Below, one piece after another: positions 37,526-46,161 of a stretch of DNA of 64,000 bases (position 1 is the stretch's first letter; each line of letters starts with the position of its first letter). Made by a program: the position numbers and the translations under genes. The notes under the pieces are model-generated. The model searched no databases, was not told the DNA's origin, and saw only the letters and a list, made by a program, of their open reading frames with translations. Source of the stretch: Gammaproteobacteria bacterium (lineage in GTDB: Bacteria > Pseudomonadota > Gammaproteobacteria > Steroidobacterales > JABDKV01); contig JABDJB010000029.1 of assembly GCA_013003425.1 (NCBI GenBank), positions 20,387 through 84,386 of the forward strand, in the 5' to 3' direction.

Positions 37526-37559
37526 GGGACAGGAACCCGGCAGGTTCCTGTCCCTTTTT
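37526..37559. terminator. Terminator hairpin between convergent genes
   Basis: gggacaggaac-ccggcag-gttcctgtccc followed by ttttt. Confidence 0.8.
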
Positions 37560-37561
37560 CG

Positions 37562-37822
37562 TCAGCTTATGCGAACGTTGTTGATAATGGTGTTAACGCC
37601 CGGCAACTTTGCCATTTCGATGACGACCTGGTCAGCAACGGAATAATCGCTCACCTTGCCGTCGATGACGATGGTGTCTCCGCGTACGTCGGCTTCAAGC
37701 TGGGCTGGATGGGCCTCAAGCACGGCTGACACCTGGCTGGTCAGTTGTTCACCAGCCATTGCGACCGGGGCAAACAGCAGGCCGGCAGCGATTACGGTTA
37801 CGGTCTTGATAGTTGCAGTCAT
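37562..37822 (-). CDS. Periplasmic BON-domain protein
   Basis: Strong SD 'gaaggagg' 5 nt upstream of ATG 37822. Signal peptide. 'DVRGDTIVIDGKVSDYSVADQVVIEMAKLPGVNTIINNV' matches the BON pattern. Confidence 0.8.
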   Translation of the reverse strand: MTATIKTVTVIAAGLLFAPVAMAGEQLTSQVSAVLEAHPAQLEADVRGDTIVIDGKVSDYSVADQVVIEMAKLPGVNTIINNVRIS

Positions 37823-37896
37823 GATGTCCTCCTTCGGATTTACGGCTGAAACGGGGCGACGCCCGCCCGCGGCGGGCGTCACGCGGCAGATGGCTG

Positions 37897-38337
37897 TCAG
37901 GCCGCTACCTTGATGCGACGCGGCAGCGCTTTGGCCTGCTTCGGAATCGTGATTTCCAACACACCATGGGTATCGCGCGCTTTTACGTTTTCCGCATCGA
38001 CGGTATTGGGCAGGATGAAGCGCCGGTGGAAGCGACCCTGACCGCGTTCAACGCGACGGCGCACGATGTCTTCATCGTCGACATTTTTCATGCCGCGCCG
38101 CTCGCCGGTGAGCGTTAGCACGCTGTCCTGCAGGGTGATCTCGACGTCCTTGGGATCGACGCCGGGCAGATCAACATACAGCTCGAAGCGATCGTTCAGC
38201 TCGTGGATATCAACCGTAGGCGTCCAGTCGGCGGTAGCACCACTGGAATCGGAATCACGCCACTGGTCCAGCAGCCGGTTGAGCTCCAGCTGGAACTGGG
38301 GGACAAAACTCATGGCATCGTACTTCATCGGGATCAT
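37897..38337 (-). CDS. Small heat-shock protein (Hsp20/alpha-crystallin family)
   Basis: 'WTPTVDIHELNDRFELYVDLPGVDPKDVEITLQDSVLTLTGER...GVLEITIPK' is a canonical ACD. Confidence 0.92.
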   Translation of the reverse strand: MIPMKYDAMSFVPQFQLELNRLLDQWRDSDSSGATADWTPTVDIHELNDRFELYVDLPGVDPKDVEITLQDSVLTLTGERRGMKNVDDEDIVRRRVERGQGRFHRRFILPNTVDAENVKARDTHGVLEITIPKQAKALPRRIKVAA

Positions 38338-38400
38338 TGCTTTACCTCCTATGACTGTGACCCTGAATCAGCGAATTGCCCCTGTTTCGGAGCATTTTTG

Positions 38401-38430
38401 ACGCTGGGGACGGCTGTCTGTGATTTCAAG
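38401..38430 (-). promoter_or_regulatory. Sigma-32-like heat-shock promoter upstream of hsp20
   Basis: The minus strand reads CCCCTTGAAA-N14-CCCCAGCGT, against the consensus CCCTTGAA-N13-17-CCCCATNT. It lies ~65 nt upstream of the ATG. Confidence 0.55.
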
Positions 38431-38471
38431 GGGCCGTGAGCTGCCATGCTGCAGCGCAAAAATGGCGCGTG

Positions 38472-39449
38472 TCAGGAGCCCGGTCCGGTCATCCGGATAA
38501 AGATATAGCCGACGTAGATGATCAGCAGCAGGGATGCCTCCGGCCGTTGCACACCGCGGCGCGATACGTAGAGGAACAGCAGCACCAGTACAGTGACCAG
38601 CAGCTGCGTCGGTAAGTCGATCAGCAACACGGCTGCGGGCACGGCAAGCGGCGAAATCGTCGCAGCTATCCCGGGCACAAGCAGCGTGTCGAGGATGTTA
38701 CTGCCAAGGAGATTGCCGGCAGACAGACTCCCACGATTCTTCAGCAATGCATTCAACGAAACGGAAAGTTCCGGCAGGCTGCTGCCCAGCCCGATGATGA
38801 TCGCCGAAACGGCGATTTCACTTAGCCCCACAACCCGGGCAAAACCGGTGGCCGACAGCACCGTGAGTTCAGCTGCCAGCAACAGCAGAACCAGCCCCGC
38901 CGCCAGCATCAGCCAGGCACGGTAAGATGTTTCACCTGTATTGTTTACGCGCGCGTCCGGACTGGCAGCGCGCCGGGCGATAACAACGGTAAGGTAAAGA
39001 ATATAGAACAGCGCGAGTAACATTCCCTCGATGCGCGTTATTCTGCCGTCCAGAGAAGCCAGGAAAAGCGCGGCAATGCTGCCAAGCAGGAAAAACGTGT
39101 TGCGCGGCAGGAAGCGGCGACGCATTGCTTCAAAGCCAATAAAACCGGCAACGCCGAAAACCAGGCCAAACTGGCCGATACTGCTGCCGATCGCGCTGCC
39201 GACCACGATACCGGACAGATTGGCGCCACTGAGGCTGCGCCACGATGCATCGAAGGCGATAAACAGCTCCGGCAAATCCGTGCCTATTGCCAGTACGATC
39301 ATGCCAAAGGCGGCATCCGACAACAGGTAACGATCGGTGATCGAGGTGGCGCTACGGACAAGCACCTCGGAACCCAGCCACAGGCCGGCCATTCCTACGA
39401 TCAAAAGCAGTAACTGCGACAATATTTTTGCTTGGTTATGTCCAGCCAA
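38472..39449 (-). CDS. Ca2+:cation antiporter (CaCA, YrbG-like sodium/calcium exchanger)
   Basis: Two internal repeats with alpha-motifs 'AIGTDLPELF' and 'GLGSSLPELSVS'. ~10 TM. Confidence 0.85.
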   Translation of the reverse strand: MAGHNQAKILSQLLLLIVGMAGLWLGSEVLVRSATSITDRYLLSDAAFGMIVLAIGTDLPELFIAFDASWRSLSGANLSGIVVGSAIGSSIGQFGLVFGVAGFIGFEAMRRRFLPRNTFFLLGSIAALFLASLDGRITRIEGMLLALFYILYLTVVIARRAASPDARVNNTGETSYRAWLMLAAGLVLLLLAAELTVLSATGFARVVGLSEIAVSAIIIGLGSSLPELSVSLNALLKNRGSLSAGNLLGSNILDTLLVPGIAATISPLAVPAAVLLIDLPTQLLVTVLVLLFLYVSRRGVQRPEASLLLIIYVGYIFIRMTGPGS

Positions 39450-39525
39450 CCCGGCTGCGGGGGTACGTTAGCACAGCGCTGCCGGGCGTTGGCGCGGCGC
39501 TGTTTGAAAGGCATACTGATACCCC

Positions 39526-40509
39526 ATGGCCAGAGTAGCAATAATCGGGGCAGGTATAGCCGGCCTGGTCACCGCGCGTGAACTGGCAGCACGGCATGAC
39601 GTGGTGGTTTTTGAAAAATCCCGCGGCGTGGGCGGACGCATGACCACGCGCTATGCCGACAACTACGTATTTGATCACGGCGCACAGTTTTTCACGGCAC
39701 GTACGCCTGAATTCCAGCTGTATTTGCGGCCGCTGGTCGATGCCGGCATCGTTGCAAGCTGGAATTGCCGCTTTGCCGAATACGAGCGCGACGAACAGAC
39801 GGGAACGCGGCAGTGGGGCTCGGACCTGCCGCACTATGTTGGCGTGCCAGGCATGAATGCCATCGGCAAATGGCTCGCCAAAGACCTCGACGTGAGACTC
39901 GAAACACGGGTTGGCAGCCTGCAAAAACCCGCCGGCGGCTGGCAACTGATCGACGATAATGGTGGTGACCTGGGCATATTCGACTGGGTGATTCTCGCCG
40001 CCCCGGCGGCGCAGACTACAGCGCTGTTGCCAGCCGACTGCAGGATTCGCAGGTTAAGCGAGCCTGCCGTAATGCTCGGCTGCTATTCGCTGATGCTGGC
40101 CGATCCCAGGCCCCTGGCGCTCGAGTGGGATGCGGCGCTGGTACGCGATGCCGATATCAGCTGGATTTCCGTGGATAGCAGCAAGCCGGGACGTCCAGAC
40201 GAAGGCTTCTGCATGCTGGTGCATTCGACAAACGAGTGGGCCGACGCTTATCTCGATGCCGATGACGACTGGGTAATGCAGCACCTGCTGGCTGAGACTT
40301 CGGTAGTTCTGGGTGTCGACGCGCGATCGGCAGCCCATTGCACGCTGCATCGCTGGCGCTACGCCAACATGGACCTGCGCAATACGCCGGGTTTTTCAAT
40401 CGATGAAGACCAGCAGCTGGGCGCCTGTGGCGACTGGTTTATTCGCGGTCGCGTGGAGGCCGCGTTTACCAGCGCAACCGGGCTGCTCAAGGCGCTGCCG
40501 TTCTCATAG
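39526..40509 (+). CDS. FAD/NAD(P)-dependent oxidoreductase (renalase-like, COG3380)
   Basis: 'VAIIGAGIAGLVTARELA...VVVFEKSRGVGGRM' dinucleotide-binding motif. ~327 aa. Confidence 0.8.
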   Translation: MARVAIIGAGIAGLVTARELAARHDVVVFEKSRGVGGRMTTRYADNYVFDHGAQFFTARTPEFQLYLRPLVDAGIVASWNCRFAEYERDEQTGTRQWGSDLPHYVGVPGMNAIGKWLAKDLDVRLETRVGSLQKPAGGWQLIDDNGGDLGIFDWVILAAPAAQTTALLPADCRIRRLSEPAVMLGCYSLMLADPRPLALEWDAALVRDADISWISVDSSKPGRPDEGFCMLVHSTNEWADAYLDADDDWVMQHLLAETSVVLGVDARSAAHCTLHRWRYANMDLRNTPGFSIDEDQQLGACGDWFIRGRVEAAFTSATGLLKALPFS

Positions 40510-40516
40510 ATTTGTG

Positions 40517-40761
40517 GAACCGGCCCGGCCGGGTCGACTCCTTTTACCCTGCCAACCTACCATCAGTGGGAGCCGCTTCCACAACAGGTCGCAAGTCGTC
40601 GCGGCTGGAAGCCGTTCCCACAACAGGTCGCAAGTCGTCGCGGCTGGAAGCCGCTCCCACAACAGGTCGCAAGTCGTCGCGGCTGGAAGCCGCTCCCACA
40701 GGTCGCAAGTAGTCGCGGCTGGAAGCCGCTCCCACAGGTCGCAAGTCGTCGCGGCTCCTAC
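40517..40761. repeat. Composite repeat: head motif + tandem array of five 39/36-bp REP-containing units
   Basis: Head at 40517..40565. Units at 40583..40621, 40622..40660, 40661..40699, 40700..40735 and 40736..40761 (truncated). The unit is aacaggtcgcaagtcgtcgcggctggaagccgctcccac. The last unit supplies the stop codon of 40758..41744. Confidence 0.9.
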
Positions 40762-41744
40762 TGGACGGACGCGGGAAGTCCGGACCTTATTTGTCGCGCT
40801 GCAGCTATGCACACCGTGTTGCGGCCCGCGGCCTTGGCCTGGTAAGCCGCGGCATCGGCACGGGCGATCAGCGTTTCACGGTTCCCGCCGGGGTCAAGCG
40901 TGGCCACTCCGACGCTGATCGTTACTGAGCCGTGCGGCTGCGTTGCGCCACCTGCAAATGGATGGTTAGCGACCGCTACGCGCAGGCGTTCGCCGAAAAT
41001 CCCGGCGCTCTCACCCGGTGTTTCCGGTGCCAGCACGACAAATTCCTCGCCACCCCAGCGCGCAACGATATCGCTGTCTCGTGCCTCGTGGAGCAGGATT
41101 TTTGCAATGCCACGCAGCACTTCATCACCGGCCGGATGACCGTGTGTGTCGTTGTACTGCTTGAACTTGTCGACGTCGATAAACAGCATCGAAAGGTCGC
41201 GCCTGTAACGCTTGCTGCGCTCAATCTCGGCTGTGACCGCCTCCTGGAAATGACGGTGATTGAACAGGTTGGTAAGCCCGTCACGCACGGCAAGCTCACG
41301 AAAGAAGTTGTTCAACTGCTCCAGTTCGGAGTTGGTGCGCGTCAGGGTGGCGACCAGCAGCTCGCGTTCGCGCGTCATGCGCACAACCTCGAGTGCCCGC
41401 TTTACGGTCTCAGAAACCACCGCAAGGCTTTCAAACGGCTTGTTAAGGAAATCGTAAGCGCCGCCCTTAAGCGCCGCAATGGCATTATCCATCGACCCAT
41501 AGCTGGTCATGACAACCGCCTGTACCGGCTCATAGTTGGCACGTACTTCACGCAACAGGTCGAGGCCATCGCCATTGGCCATGCGCAGGTCGGTAACCAC
41601 GACATCGATGCCGCCGCGCTGCAGACAGGTCAATGCTTCGCTGCCGCTGCCGGCCTCATGCACGGTATGGCCGTCATCACGCAGCACTTCTCCAACCATG
41701 CTGCGCACGGCTGCGTCATCGTCCACTACCAGCACCTGGTACAT
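40758..41744 (-). CDS. Response regulator with REC + GGDEF (diguanylate cyclase) domains
   Basis: 'VLVVDDD...DVVVTDLRM' includes the phospho-acceptor Asp. 'RDSDIVARWGGEEF' is an RxxD I-site plus a GGEEF active site. Confidence 0.9.
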   Translation of the reverse strand: MYQVLVVDDDAAVRSMVGEVLRDDGHTVHEAGSGSEALTCLQRGGIDVVVTDLRMANGDGLDLLREVRANYEPVQAVVMTSYGSMDNAIAALKGGAYDFLNKPFESLAVVSETVKRALEVVRMTRERELLVATLTRTNSELEQLNNFFRELAVRDGLTNLFNHRHFQEAVTAEIERSKRYRRDLSMLFIDVDKFKQYNDTHGHPAGDEVLRGIAKILLHEARDSDIVARWGGEEFVVLAPETPGESAGIFGERLRVAVANHPFAGGATQPHGSVTISVGVATLDPGGNRETLIARADAAAYQAKAAGRNTVCIAAARQIRSGLPASVQ

Positions 41745-41823
41745 CCGCCGCAGAGTCCTGTGTTATGTCAAATTCAATTGACGGGTTCTACCCCCTGTGT
41801 ATCGGTCGTGAAACGGGATGCTT

Positions 41824-41872
<49 letters not shown>

Positions 41873-41911
41873 CCCGAGTGTTCACCCCGGGCCAGGACAG
41901 TCAGTATTGCC

Positions 41912-42892
41912 TCAGGCGGGCTGGCTCATCAGCACTGCAGGCCCGGCGGCGGCGACACGCACGGCGTTGCGGCCGGCAGCCTTGGCCTCGTAAACGGCCG
42001 TGTCGGCACGCGCGACGATTGACTCATGTGACCCTGCCGGGTCGAGCGTGGCAACACCGATACTGACCGTTATCAAACCCTTTGGCTGGGTTTCACGACC
42101 CTGGAAAGGATAGGCCGCGACCGCGGCACGAATCCGTTCGGCCAGCTCACTTGCTTTGTCGACGCTGGTTTCCGGTGCCAGCAGGACGAACTCCTCGCCG
42201 CCCCAGCGCGCCACGGTATCAGTATCGCGGGCATGCTCCAGCAGCATCTTGGCAATGCCACGCAACACTTCATCGCCGGCCGGATGCCCCTGGGTGTCGT
42301 TGTAGGTCTTGAAGTGATCGACATCAATAAACAAGACCGATACGTCACGCTGGTAACGCTTGGAACGTTCAACTTCAGCCGTCAGCGCTTCCTGGAAATG
42401 CCGGTGGTTATAGAGATTGGTCAGCCCGTCCTTGATCGCCAGGTCGCGGAAAAAGTTGTTCATCCGCTCCAGTTCGACATTGTTGCGGGTCAGAGTTGCG
42501 ACCAGCAGGTCGCGTTCCCGTGACATACGCACGGCATCAAGCGCGCGCTTTGCTGTTTCTGTGATTACATCGAGATTTTCAAATGGCTTGGTCAGAAAAT
42601 CGTACGCGCCGGCCTTGAGCGCACTGACTGCGGCATCCATCGAAGCGTGACTGGTCATGATAATGACCTGGATCGCGGTATCCCTGCGGCGTATTTCACG
42701 CAGCAGGCCGATGCCATCCATGCCGGCCATGCGAATGTCCGTGATGACAAGGTCGATGCCGCCCGACTCGAGACGCTTGAGCGCCGCCTCGGCACTTTCC
42801 GCCTCTTCCACGTCATGGCCATCATCGCTGAGGACCTCTGCGACTATGCCGCGAATAGCGGTGTCATCATCAACTACCAATATGTGATACAT
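41912..42892 (-). CDS. Response regulator with REC + GGDEF domains (paralog of 40758..41744)
   Basis: Colinear with the downstream paralog over its whole length. 'RDTDTVARWGGEEF'. Confidence 0.9.
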   Translation of the reverse strand: MYHILVVDDDTAIRGIVAEVLSDDGHDVEEAESAEAALKRLESGGIDLVITDIRMAGMDGIGLLREIRRRDTAIQVIIMTSHASMDAAVSALKAGAYDFLTKPFENLDVITETAKRALDAVRMSRERDLLVATLTRNNVELERMNNFFRDLAIKDGLTNLYNHRHFQEALTAEVERSKRYQRDVSVLFIDVDHFKTYNDTQGHPAGDEVLRGIAKMLLEHARDTDTVARWGGEEFVLLAPETSVDKASELAERIRAAVAAYPFQGRETQPKGLITVSIGVATLDPAGSHESIVARADTAVYEAKAAGRNAVRVAAAGPAVLMSQPA

Positions 42893-42982
42893 GGACTCCG
42901 GCTTCCTGCCTTATGTAAAAAAACCTGACTATGCGTCCTGTGTCACTATATCGGCCGGTTCCGGCCCAGGCTTTGAGCGAGG

Positions 42983-44836
42983 TCACACTACCGCCTTCTG
43001 TTCAGCGGGTTCAGCCAGGGTCGCCATGGCCACCGGCAGGGTGATGACGAAGGTCGTGCCTTTGCCCGGCTCGCTCTCTACCACGATATCGCCACCATGG
43101 TCGCGAATAATGCCGTAGGACACCGACAGCCCCAGGCCGGTCCCCTGACCGGCCGGCTTGGTCGTAAAGAACGGCTCGAAGATCTTGTCGCGAATTTCAG
43201 CAGGCATACCCGGACCGGTGTCTGCCACTCGCATCTCTATACGCTTGTCGTCCAGCAAGCGGGTGGCAATGCTGAACGAGCCCGGCGTGCCGGCCATAGC
43301 CTGCTGCGCATTGACTGCGAAGTTCATCAGCACCTGCTGCAGCTGGTTGGCGTTGGCGTAGACCCGCGGCAGGTCGGGAGTGAGATTCTTCTGGATACTG
43401 ACCTGGTTGATTTTCAACTGGTGATCGACGATGTCCAGCGAGTCTTCAACAACCGAGTTGATGTCGATGCGCTTCTGTTCCGCTTTTTCCTGGCGAGCGA
43501 ACTTGAGCAGGTTTGAAATGATCTCGGTGCAGCGCCGCGTTTCTTTTTCAATAACTTCCAGATGCTTGCGCAGCGGGCTGGCCTCATCGACCTTGCGCAG
43601 CGCCAGCTGGGCGTAACCGAGGATCCCGGCCAGCGGATTTTTAACTTCATGCGCGATACCGGCACCGAGCTGACCGAAAGCCGCCATCTTTTCCGACTGG
43701 ACCAGCGCATTGTTGGCGCGTTCCAGCTCATGGTCGCGATCCTTGAGCTCTCCGGTCATCTGGTTGAACGACTCGGCCAGCAGACCCAGCTCGTCGCGCG
43801 TACCGGCATTCACGTTGACATCAAAGTCGCCTTTACCGATGTCCTGGGCTGCCTGGGTCAGGCTTTCCAGCGGCCGGGTAAGTGCCTGCGCCATGAACAG
43901 GGTCACCAGCGTAGCGGCACCAAACAGCACCAGCGCAATTACCACCAGGCTGCCAAGCAGATTACGTGCAGTCAGATAGGCGGCGCTGCGCGGGATTTCT
44001 ATACCGGCATTCATGCCGCCAAAACGGGCATGCGCAAACCCGCCAATATACTGCTCACCGTCGCGTTCGAAATCCAGGGTCGTACTAAGCGCATGTTCAT
44101 AGGTGCCGAGTTCGACCGGGTCACCGACGGCTTCGCGCTTCAGGTTACGCAACACCCTGGCCTTGTCACTATGCGCGACAAAGTGACCATCACTGTCGGT
44201 AATCCAGGTCTCGAAGGCATCGGAGCGTCCGGCCAGCTCCATTAGCCGGTCGAGCCGCACAAAGCCGACAATGGCCGTACGCGGCGGCGTTGCTTCGCTC
44301 GTATCAGTCGACTGGCCTGACACATCGTAAGCAATCGCAATCGACATCATCGGCAGGGCGTTGTTGAACGTGACATTGCGTACATACACTTCCCCGGCTG
44401 CCAGCTGGTCGTACGGCGGCGGATTCTCTGCCTGCAGATTCAGCATCACCTGGGTGGCGATCGAGGCCTGCTGCAGCGTTGCCGCGTCATAAACCATAAC
44501 CGGGTCAGCGTTCTCTCGGATGACACTCACTGCGACAAACTCGCTGAAGCTGCCGAACAGGCTCTGGATCAGATTCTGTTTCTGGCTGGCACCAAGCTCA
44601 GTATCAAACAATGTATTGGCAAAGATCGACAGATTTTCGGTGTAGCTTTGCACCATCACATTGGTTTCACGCGACATCTGAACTGCCATGATGGACGTGA
44701 GATCACGAATGTAGGTGGTCTTGTCCTCGTGAAACAGGTTTGCCATCGATGCGGTAATTAAAGCCACAACAAGCATGACAATCGCCAGCACGGCGAACAG
44801 CAGCTTGACCCGGATGGGGGTACCTCGGCGATTCAT
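42983..44836 (-). CDS. Sensor histidine kinase (TM - Cache-like periplasmic domain - TM - HAMP - HisKA - HATPase_c)
   Basis: Two TM segments flank a ~270-aa extracytoplasmic region. HAMP, H-box '[10 protein letters not shown]', and N/G1/G2 boxes ('DTGPGMP', 'GTGLGLS'). Confidence 0.9.
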   Translation of the reverse strand: MNRRGTPIRVKLLFAVLAIVMLVVALITASMANLFHEDKTTYIRDLTSIMAVQMSRETNVMVQSYTENLSIFANTLFDTELGASQKQNLIQSLFGSFSEFVAVSVIRENADPVMVYDAATLQQASIATQVMLNLQAENPPPYDQLAAGEVYVRNVTFNNALPMMSIAIAYDVSGQSTDTSEATPPRTAIVGFVRLDRLMELAGRSDAFETWITDSDGHFVAHSDKARVLRNLKREAVGDPVELGTYEHALSTTLDFERDGEQYIGGFAHARFGGMNAGIEIPRSAAYLTARNLLGSLVVIALVLFGAATLVTLFMAQALTRPLESLTQAAQDIGKGDFDVNVNAGTRDELGLLAESFNQMTGELKDRDHELERANNALVQSEKMAAFGQLGAGIAHEVKNPLAGILGYAQLALRKVDEASPLRKHLEVIEKETRRCTEIISNLLKFARQEKAEQKRIDINSVVEDSLDIVDHQLKINQVSIQKNLTPDLPRVYANANQLQQVLMNFAVNAQQAMAGTPGSFSIATRLLDDKRIEMRVADTGPGMPAEIRDKIFEPFFTTKPAGQGTGLGLSVSYGIIRDHGGDIVVESEPGKGTTFVITLPVAMATLAEPAEQKAVV

Positions 44837-46152
44837 TTTCCGCCTCCGTTAATAAAGGTGGTGGTGTTAAACATTTGTGATTGGTACGTGACGTTTCCGG
44901 CGCTATCAACGGCCTCGACCACGATCAGGTTGGCGCCCAGGACTACCGGCACGTCGTGCCGGAAGCGACCGGAATTTGTTGCCACTTCCTCGCCCTGTAC
45001 GTAGACACGTGCGGCGTCGGTGCTGCCGCTGAGCGTCACAAACTGCTGGCCGGCCTGGTGCACAAACGGCTGCAGAACAAGTTGTGGCGGCTGCTCGTCA
45101 CGCACCAGTCTCAGCAGGTGGGGAGCGGAAGCCGGACCCTCCATGAAGCCATTCATCCCGCTGACCTGCCAGTAATAGGTGCCATGCTGCAGCCCGCCAT
45201 AGGAGAACTTCAGTTCGCCCAGCCCCTGATCGACGACCAGGTCACTCATTTGTGGATCACGAGCAACTTTGAGCCTGTAAGCATCAACGTCGACTACCGC
45301 ATTCCAGGCAAACACTATCTCCGGCGGTAGCGAGCGGTATTCATATGTGCTCCGGTTTCGCGGCCGGATGCCATCCGGCGTTCCGGGCAATTTGCCACGC
45401 TCGAGCACCTCGCCGTTGATGCTGATGGTGATGCCATGCTCGGCGTCGACAGTCTGGGTCTGGCCGGCTACCGTCACCACACTGCTTCCTGCCATAACAG
45501 ACACTGAGGACGACAGGTCAGGATTGACGTTGATGTTGAAAGCGACTGCTGCATCATCATCGCCCGGGATAAAACGAGCCAGACCATTCGGCAGCGCTAC
45601 CTCAAGATGTCGCGGATCGCTCGGCGATGACACAAACTGGGCGCCCAGGCTGCCCTCCATCATGACTATGGAATTGGTATGCCGTGGCGTGAACAGGTCG
45701 GTGACCCCACCCTGAAAGACAATGAGCGAATTGGCGCCGATCCTGACAACGCTTTCGTCGTCGAGCCTGACAGTGGCACTGGAATTGCGCTGGGTTTGCA
45801 ACGAATCCTGCTCTGCCAGCGTGACTCCTTCCTGTGCCGGACGCCACGCCAGCTCATTGCGTCCTTTGAGTTTTACATCGCGGCGCACCGTCAGTATCTC
45901 CGCCACGGCTGCTGCGCCACCGGCATGCCCGTGCGAATAGCTCAGCTCGCGTCCACCTGCCGAATCGCGTGCGTCACTTGCCTGGCCGAGGCTCTGCTCA
46001 TTGAGTGCAACGCCGGTCGGAAACAACACACGAATCAGGAAGTACATAAACACGCCGAACAACGCCAGCGCCGCCAGTGCGACCTTGACGTCGAGTGAGC
46101 GGCCGGCCAGTCGCGGTCGGGTTTGCTCTATATTCTGCTGCTCTTCGGGCAT
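44833..46152 (-). CDS. Membrane-anchored FecR-domain protein with C-terminal Ig-like modules
   Basis: N-terminal TM. 'SATVRLDDESVVRIGANSLIVF' is a FecR-type motif. The stop codon overlaps the kinase start (ATGA). Confidence 0.7.
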   Translation of the reverse strand: MPEEQQNIEQTRPRLAGRSLDVKVALAALALFGVFMYFLIRVLFPTGVALNEQSLGQASDARDSAGGRELSYSHGHAGGAAAVAEILTVRRDVKLKGRNELAWRPAQEGVTLAEQDSLQTQRNSSATVRLDDESVVRIGANSLIVFQGGVTDLFTPRHTNSIVMMEGSLGAQFVSSPSDPRHLEVALPNGLARFIPGDDDAAVAFNINVNPDLSSSVSVMAGSSVVTVAGQTQTVDAEHGITISINGEVLERGKLPGTPDGIRPRNRSTYEYRSLPPEIVFAWNAVVDVDAYRLKVARDPQMSDLVVDQGLGELKFSYGGLQHGTYYWQVSGMNGFMEGPASAPHLLRLVRDEQPPQLVLQPFVHQAGQQFVTLSGSTDAARVYVQGEEVATNSGRFRHDVPVVLGANLIVVEAVDSAGNVTYQSQMFNTTTFINGGGK

Positions 46153-46161
46153 TTCCGTTTC

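Noticed and set aside
40566-40761. Regularly spaced repeats that could be mistaken for a CRISPR array
   Set aside because: The units are directly tandem (39/36 bp) with no unique spacers between them. The repeat is the same REP palindrome found at other intergenic sites. No cas genes are nearby.
40313-40918. 201-aa plus-strand ORF with repeated 'SRSHNRSQVVAAG' peptides
   Set aside because: It is a read-through of the REP tandem array and overlaps the ends of two well-supported genes. It is an artefact of repeat translation.
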